Shown: piece by piece, positions 40,045 to 49,917 of the stretch
How the letters are laid out: each line of letters opens with the position of its first letter
Numbering within the stretch: position 1 is the first letter of the stretch
Source of the DNA: an uncultured Gammaproteobacteria bacterium
GTDB lineage: Bacteria; Pseudomonadota; Gammaproteobacteria; JACCXJ01
NCBI GenBank assembly: GCA_963764725.1
Contig: CAVXTM010000001.1
Span: 128,001 to 192,000 of the forward strand
Direction: 5' to 3'
Length of the DNA: 64,000 nucleotides
Program-made: the position numbers and the translations under genes
Notes under the pieces: model-generated
What the model was told of the DNA's origin: nothing
The model's input: only the letters and a program-made list of their open reading frames with translations
The model's database searches: none

Positions 40045-41421
40045 TCAACGCAACGGCGATACGGTGTTCATTAGTGTTCGCTGAGAAATCCGATCCTTGT
40101 TGTTTTCCCGCTCCTGACCGGGCCGCGCTACGGCCGATTCATGGCCTTTATCAACCGCCACGTGATCCCATTCGAAGTCTACGCACAGCGGCCCCAAATA
40201 ACCGTGTGGCAGTTTCCCGGTGCCATAAAAATCGCCGCCGAGCACGGGCAATGTTCGCGCGCATGCCACCTTATCAACGAGCTGTCGATTAACTAGCAGC
40301 GATGCCGTAATCTCATAAACACCTGGCAACAAGGGGAGTTTATGAATCCGGCAAACGAAATTTCCATTCCTGCTTATTTTCGTCAGATTCGTGCGTAAAA
40401 CCTCACTCGGAAGCCCGAAGAGTCTTTGCTGTTTCTCGTTCTGAATTACGATGCATACATAGACGTCCCACGGGGATTCTTCTTCCGATCGTTGGGCTTC
40501 GTATTCTAGGATTATCCGAAGTTCGTGCCCTGTCTGTCCACTATCACAGGGATTTGAATCCTCATCGAGGTATCTAATGCTCGTGAACCGGAAGGTTCCC
40601 GTTCCAGTTCTATCCTTCCTTTGTCTTAGCTCGCCTACGCCTTTTACCGCGACTGAATTCTGATACAAATCGATTCCGGATAAGGTGTCACCATAGAATT
40701 TCATTGAACCGTGATCGATCCATATAAGCCTATCACAGAATCGGGCAACGTCGCCCATACTATGTGAGGCAAAAAGTATAGTCCTCCCTTCGGATACCAA
40801 ACCTTGCACCCGGTTTAGGCATTTCTGCTGGAACGCCAGATCGCCCACGGTCAGTACTTCGTCCAATATAAGAATGTCGGGTTCAATATGCGCAGCAACC
40901 GAAAACCCAAGGCGAATCCTCATGCCGCTGGAATAATGTTTCAGTGGCGTGTCAATAAAGCGCTCCACTCCCGAGAAAGAAACAATATCGTCCGACTTCG
41001 CCGCGATTTCTTTGGGCGTTAATCCATGCAGGGAAGCGTTGAGAAAAATGTTTTCACGGCCGGTGAGGTTTTCGTTGAAACCAGTCCCTACTTCCAAAAG
41101 CGAGGTAACGCGGCCACGGATACGCACCTCCCCCTCCGTAGGGTAGGTCACGCGCGAGAGTATCTTCAGCAAGGTGGATTTTCCAGCACCGTTTCTTCCG
41201 ATGATCCCGACCCGGTCGCCCTTGGCCACATCGAAGTTGATATCCTTCAATGCCCAGAAGTGCTCGTTCTTCCCGCAAATACCTTGGTCGGAACGATTCG
41301 ACGGCAAGCTGCGTAGTTCGCGGCGAACCATACGGCCAAGGTTGAAAGGTTGCCTGCGATCCGGACCTATTTTGTACTGCTTGGATAGGCCACAAACCGT
41401 TATGATCGGCTCCAGCGCCAT
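40045..41421 (-). CDS. wzt: Polysaccharide ABC transporter ATPase with C-terminal carbohydrate-binding domain
   Basis: GRNGAGKST, YSSGM signature, LILDEVL; ~200-aa C-terminal extension with LPLLPGVY. Confidence 0.93.
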   Translation of the reverse strand: MALEPIITVCGLSKQYKIGPDRRQPFNLGRMVRRELRSLPSNRSDQGICGKNEHFWALKDINFDVAKGDRVGIIGRNGAGKSTLLKILSRVTYPTEGEVRIRGRVTSLLEVGTGFNENLTGRENIFLNASLHGLTPKEIAAKSDDIVSFSGVERFIDTPLKHYSSGMRIRLGFSVAAHIEPDILILDEVLTVGDLAFQQKCLNRVQGLVSEGRTILFASHSMGDVARFCDRLIWIDHGSMKFYGDTLSGIDLYQNSVAVKGVGELRQRKDRTGTGTFRFTSIRYLDEDSNPCDSGQTGHELRIILEYEAQRSEEESPWDVYVCIVIQNEKQQRLFGLPSEVLRTNLTKISRNGNFVCRIHKLPLLPGVYEITASLLVNRQLVDKVACARTLPVLGGDFYGTGKLPHGYLGPLCVDFEWDHVAVDKGHESAVARPGQERENNKDRISQRTLMNTVSPLR

Positions 41422-42260
41422 CACATCTCGTCCACGAAGCGCTTTTCCGCGCTTTGAAACATCATGAGGCCAATGACGGCCATGCTGAGAGAAAACATCA
41501 GCGAATAAAACCATTCCGGCCACGGAAACGGAAGATCGGCGCACAGCGCGGAGCGAAAGCCTAGCAAAGCCCCTACCATCGGGTTGAGCGCATACACGTC
41601 GCGAGCCTCTTCGGGGATCATTTCCGGAGCGTAAATAACGGGGGATAGGAATAGGCCTAGATATAAGACCAGGCCAAGAAACTTGCCCCAATCTTGATTC
41701 CAGAGATTCAATGCGGCGAACATTAACCCGATCCCGAAAACCAGCAACGCGAGCTGCAACACGACGGGGGCCAACAACACAATATGCCACCCCGGCGACA
41801 CGCCGTAATAAAACATCATAAGAACCAACGGTATCCCTGCGATGGCGAGTTTACACAGGTTCGTTAGATTAGTCGCCATTGGACTTAAAAGCTTTGGGTA
41901 AAAGACCTTCCGCATCAGGTGCAGATCGCGCCTAACCGCGGTCGAGGTATCCGTGACGCCCTCGACGAGATAGAACCAGAGTATCAGTCCGCTCAGCAAG
42001 TACAGCGGATAAGGAATCGTCACTCCCGTCCGGGCCTCGGAAAGATGCCTAAACAACGCAAATACCACCACCATTAGAAGCGGCCGCGCGACTGCCCAGA
42101 AGTAGCTTAGATACATCTGGTCAAACTCAATCTTGATCTGCCGGACCACCATGCTTTTCAGCAGACTGCGGTAACGATAAAGCTCCCACACGTCCACGCT
42201 GGTAAAACGCCCGGGCGGGCGGATAACGATCTCTTTGGCTTCCGTCTGTGAAGGCATCAA
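41421..42260 (-). CDS. wzm: Polysaccharide ABC transporter permease
   Basis: ELYRYRSL, KVFYP, FLSPVIY, LNPM; six TM segments; TGATG overlap with wzt. Confidence 0.92.
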   Translation of the reverse strand: MMPSQTEAKEIVIRPPGRFTSVDVWELYRYRSLLKSMVVRQIKIEFDQMYLSYFWAVARPLLMVVVFALFRHLSEARTGVTIPYPLYLLSGLILWFYLVEGVTDTSTAVRRDLHLMRKVFYPKLLSPMATNLTNLCKLAIAGIPLVLMMFYYGVSPGWHIVLLAPVVLQLALLVFGIGLMFAALNLWNQDWGKFLGLVLYLGLFLSPVIYAPEMIPEEARDVYALNPMVGALLGFRSALCADLPFPWPEWFYSLMFSLSMAVIGLMMFQSAEKRFVDEM

Positions 42261-42353
42261 CGTAGCGTTAGCATTTTTTCGTTTAGTCGCTGTATGCGTT
42301 CACGACGGCACCATGGTGCCAGCAGCGTTGTCCGGACTGACCCTCGAAACGCA

Positions 42354-42872
42354 TCATGGCGAGCGAACCTCGGCAAACAAGTCGCATACTTCGCGGACCG
42401 CACCCCGACCTCCCGGCCGGCGCGTCTGATAAACGGCGTAACCTAATACCTCCGGATGCGCGTCGCGCACAACGATCGGCAAACCAGCCTTGCCCAGGCA
42501 CGGCGCGTCGTTGATGTCGTTCCCCACATAGGCGACCTGGGCAAAGCTTAACCCCGCGCCAACCATCACTCGCTTGAGCACCTCCAGCTTGTCGTCACAG
42601 CCGTTGAAACAACGGATCTTGAGCTTGCGGCTGCGTGCAACCACAACCGGGTTCGGCTCTGTCGAGATGATCACCTTGTCGATACCGAATTGTTCGAGCT
42701 TGCGCAACCCCAACCCATCGCCGCGCCAACATCTAACCGCCTCTCTGCCGTCTTCAAAAACGTAAACCATGTTGTCCGTGAAAACCCCATCGAAATCGAA
42801 GGCAATCAAGCGGACAGCAGAAACCCGTAACCGTAACGCGGGGTCATCCGAGTGTCCTATTAGTTCTTCCAA
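42354..42872 (-). CDS. KdsC/YrbI-family HAD phosphatase (ulosonate-phosphate phosphatase)
   Basis: FDFDGVFTD, DGLG, YVGNDIND, GGRGAVREVCD. Confidence 0.88.
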   Translation of the reverse strand: MEELIGHSDDPALRLRVSAVRLIAFDFDGVFTDNMVYVFEDGREAVRCWRGDGLGLRKLEQFGIDKVIISTEPNPVVVARSRKLKIRCFNGCDDKLEVLKRVMVGAGLSFAQVAYVGNDINDAPCLGKAGLPIVVRDAHPEVLGYAVYQTRRPGGRGAVREVCDLFAEVRSP

Positions 42873-42878
42873 GGACGC

Positions 42879-43931
42879 TTATTCTGTCACATCGCTAAGG
42901 GTCAAGTTTTCATCCGCCTTGAAACTTCGTCTTGTTACCTTTCCGATGAGATCGCGAAGATAGTAAGGCGGCAGGCCGTCGTTTGGAGACTTCATCGCAA
43001 TGTCGTCACGGGTCAGAACGTGATTCGCAGCAAGCTCGCGCGCGGCAACCAGTTTCTTCGCCATTTTGTAAAGCGGCTTTGTCTCGCTTGGGTAGCGAGC
43101 CTTGATGCCGTTGCCCATCGCCACACGCGCACGGCGTAAATCCCGTACCAACTTTGTCAGACCAGGCCGTTCGAGAGAAAACGCGTGATCGGTACCTTTC
43201 ATTGCTCGGTTCAGAGTAAAGTGTTTTTCGATTACACGCGCGCCGAGCACCCACGCTACAAGCGCCATAGCGATACCGCTGTCGTGTGAAGACAAGCCGA
43301 TGATAATGTCGGGAAATGCTTTCCGCAACGTCTCAATGACGCGTAGGTTCAGCTCTTCATAAGCCGGCGGATATCCGGCTGTACACTGCATGAAACAGAT
43401 CTGCGAATTGATCGGCATGATCGCATCATAGGCGCGTTTCGCGTCTTCCATGGTTCCGCCGCCGGTGCTGACGATCATGGGTTTCTGGAAACTCGCGACG
43501 TGCTCGAGCAGCGGAATGTTGGTCAGATCGCCCGAAGCAATTTTGAACGCTGGAACGTCGAGATCCTGAAGCAGGTCGGCACTCGCGAAGTCAAACGCCG
43601 TTGCGAAGAACGTAATGCCGACCTCTCTAGCGTATCCCTGGAGTTCCATGTACTCGCTACGGCCAAATTCCAAAAACTCACGGTGTTCGCCATAGGTTTC
43701 ACCGAAGCTATTTTCGTTATCGTAATGCGCATCATACATCGCTCTGGTATACAGCGTTTTGTTATCACGCTTCTGAAACTTAGCCGCGTTCGCGCCGCAG
43801 TCTTTGGCCGCTTTAATCAGCTCTCTTGCTTTTTCGACATCCCCCTGATGGTTATTACCAATCTCAGCGATAACGTAGCAAGCGTTGTCGTCATTGATCC
43901 GGTATCCGTCGATGATTAGCCCTCTACTCAT
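42879..43931 (-). CDS. neuB: NeuB-family ulosonic acid synthase with SAF domain
   Basis: IAEIGNNHQGD, KFQKR, KIASGD, STGG, IEKHFTL, C-terminal AFP/SAF-like domain. Confidence 0.9.
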   Translation of the reverse strand: MSRGLIIDGYRINDDNACYVIAEIGNNHQGDVEKARELIKAAKDCGANAAKFQKRDNKTLYTRAMYDAHYDNENSFGETYGEHREFLEFGRSEYMELQGYAREVGITFFATAFDFASADLLQDLDVPAFKIASGDLTNIPLLEHVASFQKPMIVSTGGGTMEDAKRAYDAIMPINSQICFMQCTAGYPPAYEELNLRVIETLRKAFPDIIIGLSSHDSGIAMALVAWVLGARVIEKHFTLNRAMKGTDHAFSLERPGLTKLVRDLRRARVAMGNGIKARYPSETKPLYKMAKKLVAARELAANHVLTRDDIAMKSPNDGLPPYYLRDLIGKVTRRSFKADENLTLSDVTE

Positions 43932-44451
43932 TGCCGCCCTCCACGAATGCTCTGCAACCCCGTATGGCTAGAGGCCACTTATCCCAGCGCAATCGGAGTG
44001 CGCGGTCACTCGTCGCACCCTTTCAGATGACCATGTAACGGATGTACCGCCCGTGGAGCACGATTTGGCCGTGGATTACGCATGCAGGACACGCTACTCA
44101 CTCGGCCCTTATGCCTGATTGTTCATATTTTGAACACTATAAGTGACCTGAGTAGATTCCGTCAAACACGCGAGGCCGCTGGACGCGGCATAAGACCGTG
44201 CCCCTTTGTACGCGCATGGCGCCAATAGGGATGTGGTGGAGGCAGTACTTCGACTCTCCGCTTGCCACAAGGGAACCCAGTTATGCAAAATAATGCAAGA
44301 AGCAGCACTGCATTAGAGCTAACGTTGGGTATTAATGACCTTAATCCCTTGCCTGCCGTGGCCCTATAGGCTTACGGGTCGGGTAATCAAAACCGGCGGC
44401 CAGAAACACGGGGTATGCAGCCCACCTATCAAGGTGATTGCCGGATGAGAA

Positions 44452-44604
44452 ATGGCTGAAACCTTGGGCTCCCTCTGAGCCAAGCTAACCATTGCCAAGC
44501 TGAAGCAGTGGCACTGCGAAGATCCACAATGTCTGGCGAGCCTTACCGAACAGGAACGCCGGCTGACCGAAGAACTCGATCGATTTGTGAATGCAGCGCT
44601 CACT
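44452..44604 (+). pseudogene. Remnant resembling a DUF4254-type N-terminus, in-frame TGA at codon 9
   Basis: MAETLGSL*AKLTIAKLKQWH; family recalled from memory only. Confidence 0.4.
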
Positions 44605-44671
44605 GTGAGTGGGTTTCCCAACGCAGAGTTGCTGGAGGAACTCGCGGGCAGTGCCCAGCTCGTTCGGAGGA

Positions 44672-45289
44672 TTAAATATCGCGCGCCAGCGCCTGCAATC
44701 GCCCGAACTCCCCTCGCGCCGATGGTCGAAGGGACGCCGCGATGTCTAGCACCTCGTTGTCATAGAAATACAGCCCGGTGATTGCATAATTTGACTTGTG
44801 TTTCAAGGGCTTTTCTTCGCCTCGAACTTTCCCAGTAGCGTCAAGTTCGGCAACCCCATAGCGTTCCGGATCGCGGACGTGGTAAGTAAAAACGGTCGCT
44901 CCAGATTCGCGTTTCTCGGCGCACTCCAACTGCATGGGAAGATCATGTCCGTAAAAAATATTATCACCCAGGATAAGGACCGAAGCGCAGTTTCCAACAA
45001 ATTGCCTACCGATGATGAACGCCTAAGCCAGACCGTCCGGGGAGAGCTGCACGGCGTAGCTGAGGTGAATCCTCCATTGGCTGCCGTCACCGAGCAGATG
45101 TTCGAAGCGCGGCGTATCTTGCGGGGTAGAAATGATCAGGATTTCTTGAATGCCCGCCAACATCAGCGTCGTCAGCGGGTAATAGATCATCGGTTTGTCG
45201 TAGCCGGGGAGTAACTGTTTGGAGACGACTTGCGTGGCGGGGAAGAGTCTAGTCCCTGTACCGCCGGCAAGTATGATCCCCTTTCTCAC
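44672..45289 (-). pseudogene. rfbA: Glucose-1-phosphate thymidylyltransferase, nonsense mutation and 3' truncation
   Basis: [27 protein letters not shown]; DGLA*AF (TAG at 45023-45025); [20 protein letters not shown]; homology ends after PSARGE. Confidence 0.9.
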
Positions 45290-45295
45290 CGTGAG

Positions 45296-46354
45296 TTACC
45301 TTGCTTGGTAGCTCTTATCAATCCATTTCTTATAACTTCCGCTGGCTACCTCGGTAACCCATGCCTGATTTTCCAGGTACCAGGCAACTGTTTTGCGGAT
45401 CCCCGTCTCGAACGTCTCCTTCGGACGCCAGCCGAGTTCCCCCTCGATATTGCGTGCGTCGATCGCGTAGCGGCGATCGTGTCCGGGGCGGTCCGTAACC
45501 AGGGTAATCAAGCGCCGGTAGCTTCCGTCTGGCGATGATCTAAGTTCGTCTAATATGTCGCACACGGTATGTACTACATCGAGATTGGTCTTCTCGTTCC
45601 AGCCACCGATATTATATGTCTCGCCGACGCGGCCTTGCTCCAAGACCGCATGAATTGCGGCGCAGTGGTCGCTCACATAAAGCCAATCCCTGATGTTCAT
45701 GCCGTCACCATAGATCGGCAGTGCCTTGCCTTCGAGCGCGTTCAGGATGATGAGCGGAATCAGCTTCTCCGGGAACTGATACGGGCCATAGTTGTTCGAG
45801 CAGTTGGTGGTCAGCGTGGGCAAGCTGTAGGTGTGGTGATAGGCGCGTACTAGGTGATCCGAGGCAGCTTTGGATGCCGCATAGGGGCTGTTGGGGGCGT
45901 AGGGCGTTGACTCCGTGAAAGGCGCTGCTTCAGGGGCCAGTGATCCATAGACCTCGTCGGTGGATACGTGCACGAAACGGAAGGCGGCGCGATCGGCTGC
46001 GCCGAGGTCGGCGCAGTAAGCCCTGGCGCATTCGAGTAGATTGAAGGTCCCAGCGATATTGGTCCGAATGAATTCCGCAGGCCCCAAGATAGAACGATCG
46101 ACGTGGCTTTCCGCAGCGAAGTTCAGGATAGCGCGCGGTTTATAACGATTCAACAGGCTACCTAGTATGGCAGAATCGCCAATATCGCCTCTTACAAAAA
46201 CGTGCCTCGAGTCGCTGTTCAAACTGGCTAAATTGTTGAGGTTTCCCGCATAGGTGAGCACGTCGAGATTAACAACAGGCTCGTTGCTTAATGCGAGCCA
46301 ATGCAATACGAAATTTGAGCCGATGAAACCAGCCCCTCCAGTGACGAGAATCAC
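45296..46354 (-). CDS. rfbB: dTDP-glucose 4,6-dehydratase
   Basis: [48 protein letters not shown]. Confidence 0.96.
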   Translation of the reverse strand: MILVTGGAGFIGSNFVLHWLALSNEPVVNLDVLTYAGNLNNLASLNSDSRHVFVRGDIGDSAILGSLLNRYKPRAILNFAAESHVDRSILGPAEFIRTNIAGTFNLLECARAYCADLGAADRAAFRFVHVSTDEVYGSLAPEAAPFTESTPYAPNSPYAASKAASDHLVRAYHHTYSLPTLTTNCSNNYGPYQFPEKLIPLIILNALEGKALPIYGDGMNIRDWLYVSDHCAAIHAVLEQGRVGETYNIGGWNEKTNLDVVHTVCDILDELRSSPDGSYRRLITLVTDRPGHDRRYAIDARNIEGELGWRPKETFETGIRKTVAWYLENQAWVTEVASGSYKKWIDKSYQAR

Positions 46355-46945
46355 GCCCCACCCCAGAGTAACCGCATAAATACGAAGTGCCCAACCAATA
46401 GGTTTGCGCGATAGGCGCAATCCCATCCGCGCTCGAGGTCTTTTTGTTTGGTCCCGTTCTTCATTGTAGTCTTAACTGCTTTGGAGATTGCGGGCCGTAT
46501 GGCGTAGAGTAGCGTGATTCTCGGCGGCTTTTACCGCGGCGGATCCGTCACGCGTCTTCGCGAAAAGGTAGTGTTAAAACCCAATATATAGGCAGTTGGT
46601 ATGTCTTCCGAGCACCCTCCCGAGCAACGGAGGGTACCTCACTCAGCAAGCAGAATAATAGCGGCGCGGGAGCAGCCGTCAAGGCTGCGAATGACAGCGC
46701 ATCAAGGAGGACTCCAGCGATAACCTGCTAGACCGTCACCCGCCGAATCGGTTGCCGATCTGGTTGCCAATAAGCCACAATCCCCCATTCCTAGGAATCA
46801 GGCTCGCGATGGGTGGAAAGATGTGTATTTTAAGAATGGCTCGGACCTCCTTTAGTCAACTACGCTCCATCTACCCACAAATTCTCCTGAAGAGCCGAAT
46901 TTCTTATCTTTTTGTCCTGCCGCCTCTTGGCCGGGTACTCGAAAT

Positions 46946-49462
46946 ATGAGAATCGCCATATTGAGCACTGAGGGACTTGGTTTCGGAGGCGCTGTTCGCG
47001 CCACTCGTCGTTTGGTCGCCGGACTTACGCAGCGAGGCCACGAGGCTATCATCATTTCCGTTGTTCCCGGCCATGACCCGTGTGGAATCGGCGTCGAAGT
47101 TTCGCCTGCCCGCGATCACACCGAACGAGTGGCACGGGCGGCCAGTCGCTGCCTGCAGAAAAGCTACATCGACGCGCGCCGAACGGCGCTGTCCAACACG
47201 CTCTTCTCTCCCCAGGTGGCCGGCTACAGCTTCAAGCAAAGCCGCATCCTGGATGATTTCGACATCATCAATATCCATTGGGTTGCGCACTTCCTTGCGC
47301 CGCACACCGTGGCAGAGTTCCTAGCGACGGGTAAACCCGTCATCTTTACCCTCCACGACATGTTGGCCTTCACCGGCGGCTGCCACTACTCGGCCGGTTG
47401 CCAAGGTTATCGCGAAACGTGTGTGCCCTGTCCTCAACTAAACGAAGATGTGTTGAAACTGGCCGCATGGACACTCGACCGGAAAAGGCGTCTGTTTCGG
47501 GCTACCAACGTATCCGTCATCGCCCCTAGCCGCTGGCTCGCGGACTGCGCGGCGGAGAGCGGCGTGTTCGCGCCGGAGAGTATCTCGACGATCCCCAATG
47601 CCGTCGAGATCGACCTGTTCCGCCCCACTAGGAAGCAAATCGCCAAGGAGTCCCTAGGTATCGATCCGAGCGTCAAGACCTTGCTGTTCGGTGCCGGGGA
47701 CAACCGTGAACATCGCAAGGGTTTCGATCTCCTCATCGAGATGCTGCATCGCCTGAAAAGCGATCCCCGAATCGATTCCCTAATCGCCGAGCAGCGCCTT
47801 CGTATCCTCGTCTTCGGCGAGGGAAATCTAGAACTTCAGGCTACCGAGATCCCACTCCTCAACCTCGGCGCTGTTCGGAACGACGCACGCCTTGCGCTCA
47901 TCTACAGCGCCGCGGATCTGTTGATCCTGTCCTCCCGCGAGGACAACCTGCCCAATGTCATGCTCGAAGCGATGTCCTGCGCGACCCCGGTCATCTCCTT
48001 CGCGATCGGCGGCATACCCGAGGTGATCCTCGATCGCGTTGACGGGCGCTTAATACCCCCTTTCGATACCGCTGCGATGGCCTCCACGGTGACGGAGCTG
48101 CTGCATGCGGACGGGGCGACTCTCGCCCTGGGCAGTGCCGCGCGTGACAGGATCGTTTCAGCCTATCATCTCGATGCCCAAGCCACGGCTTACGAAACCC
48201 TGTTCGAAGGCATGCTTGCACAGACCGATTTCCGATTGACCCAAAGCCGATGCGATCGAACGCATACGCCGAAAACGATTCGTCTCCCGATGACGCTGCA
48301 TCCGCAGGTCGAGAAGACATCGATCGGTCTGTTCCTGGAACAGCAAACTGTCATCGACGAAATTAAAGCGAACGAACGGGCACATTTCGAGTTGGACCGC
48401 GTGCGCAACGTTCTCGGCGCCGCAGCCCGCGATATAGTCAGCTCGAGATCTTGGCGCTACACGAGACGGCTACGGCGCGGCGTGCCGGAACCGGCGACGG
48501 AAGCCGACGCGATCCCAGCGGACGCGGCGGCGACCGTCTTGAGGCTCTTGCGATCCAGATCCTGGGAGTTGACGGCACCCCTGCGGCTAATCGCCAGAGC
48601 TATTCGCGTGGCCTCCCGCATGCTAAACCCGGCTCGGACGGTTCGTAAGGCCGATCCGGCGATCGCGCCTGAGAGTTCCACCTCTCCTCCGTCCTCGTCG
48701 GTCGTCCTGTTGGACAGTGCATCACGCACCCGGCAAGATCGGCCGATCGACACCGATCGCCGTCTCAACCCCATCTGTCTGCACCTCTACCATCTCGACC
48801 TTTGGGATGAATTCAAGACTGCTCTCAAACCCATCATAGATCGGAATACCCCCCTCTATATCTCATTACCGGAAAGCAATGCGCACTTTATGGGCAATAT
48901 CTACAGAGATATTGAAGAGCAGTACTGCAGAGTGTTCGTGATCGAGAATCGCGGCTTGCACATATATCCGTTTCTGTCACAGTTCAAGTTCCTGCTTGAT
49001 CAAGGCATAAGACCGCTCACATTGACCAAATTACACACGAAGAAGAGCAAACATCATACGAGCGAACTCGCGGACACCTGGCGAACAGGGCTTTACCAAA
49101 ATTTGCTGGCTAACCACAGTTTCATCGTCGATGAGTTCTATGATAAGACTCTCGGCATGGTGTGCAGCCAGAGGTGGTGGGTCCACGAAACCCCCGGTAA
49201 CCCCAATTATGAAATTGAGCGCCGGGTGATTCATGAGGCATGCAAGATCTTTAACGTGTCCCAGACATATAGCTATGTCACTGGAAGTATGTATATTATC
49301 TCATTTGAATATCTCAAGAGCCTCTTCAGTGAAATAGATATTGACGAATTTCTAACTCGATTTGAAACCGGGTATAAACCCAGCGACACCTTAGCCCATG
49401 GATTCGAGAGGGTTGTGTGCTTCGGCCTGGAAAAGTATGGCCGCAAAGTGGGCCTGCTATGA
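46946..49462 (+). CDS. GT4 glycosyltransferase fused to an RgpF-like domain
   Basis: TLHD..FTGGCHY, REDNLPNVMLEAM; C-terminal HLYHLD, ENRG, KLHTKKS, AHGFER. Confidence 0.85.
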   Translation: MRIAILSTEGLGFGGAVRATRRLVAGLTQRGHEAIIISVVPGHDPCGIGVEVSPARDHTERVARAASRCLQKSYIDARRTALSNTLFSPQVAGYSFKQSRILDDFDIINIHWVAHFLAPHTVAEFLATGKPVIFTLHDMLAFTGGCHYSAGCQGYRETCVPCPQLNEDVLKLAAWTLDRKRRLFRATNVSVIAPSRWLADCAAESGVFAPESISTIPNAVEIDLFRPTRKQIAKESLGIDPSVKTLLFGAGDNREHRKGFDLLIEMLHRLKSDPRIDSLIAEQRLRILVFGEGNLELQATEIPLLNLGAVRNDARLALIYSAADLLILSSREDNLPNVMLEAMSCATPVISFAIGGIPEVILDRVDGRLIPPFDTAAMASTVTELLHADGATLALGSAARDRIVSAYHLDAQATAYETLFEGMLAQTDFRLTQSRCDRTHTPKTIRLPMTLHPQVEKTSIGLFLEQQTVIDEIKANERAHFELDRVRNVLGAAARDIVSSRSWRYTRRLRRGVPEPATEADAIPADAAATVLRLLRSRSWELTAPLRLIARAIRVASRMLNPARTVRKADPAIAPESSTSPPSSSVVLLDSASRTRQDRPIDTDRRLNPICLHLYHLDLWDEFKTALKPIIDRNTPLYISLPESNAHFMGNIYRDIEEQYCRVFVIENRGLHIYPFLSQFKFLLDQGIRPLTLTKLHTKKSKHHTSELADTWRTGLYQNLLANHSFIVDEFYDKTLGMVCSQRWWVHETPGNPNYEIERRVIHEACKIFNVSQTYSYVTGSMYIISFEYLKSLFSEIDIDEFLTRFETGYKPSDTLAHGFERVVCFGLEKYGRKVGLL

Positions 49463-49917
49463 GAATTGGCGAGGTGTTAAATCGCGCGCGATGGCACCTT
49501 TGCCCTCGCGTCATCTCTGTAAGCGGTATTGGTGATCGGTTGACGCCGCGAGACTGAGCGCCACTTGGCAGTTTTCGCTGTCGTCGTCCGCAAAAGAAAT
49601 GCAATAATCGCGTCCATCGCACTAAGGGGCTTAACAGAGTGTACGGGGATGCCGTACATTGGTCATATGAGCAGGATATGAGGATACGGAAGACGACGAA
49701 ACCGAGGCGATCACGCCCTATTTCCGCCATTGCACGCCCGAGGTTTGATAGGATGCGGCGAGCGCCGCGAACCGCATCGATCCCGAATGATTCGGTTCCT
49801 TAGTCACCCATCCGTCCGGGAGTGTGAGGTGGTTCCGTGCGTGTATCCATCCGGCCTTGCATTTGTCGCAGGAGGTAACGGCGATACAACGATACCAAAT
49901 GACCAAGGCGTTCCTTC

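Noticed and set aside
44452-44604. In-frame TGA as selenocysteine
   Set aside because: No clear SECIS hairpin, and it lies in a decayed junction; a nonsense mutation is simpler
43932-46945. ops/JUMPStart element ahead of the polysaccharide operons
   Set aside because: Only partial GAGTAGCGTG matches (~44090, ~46507); no GGCGGTAG core found
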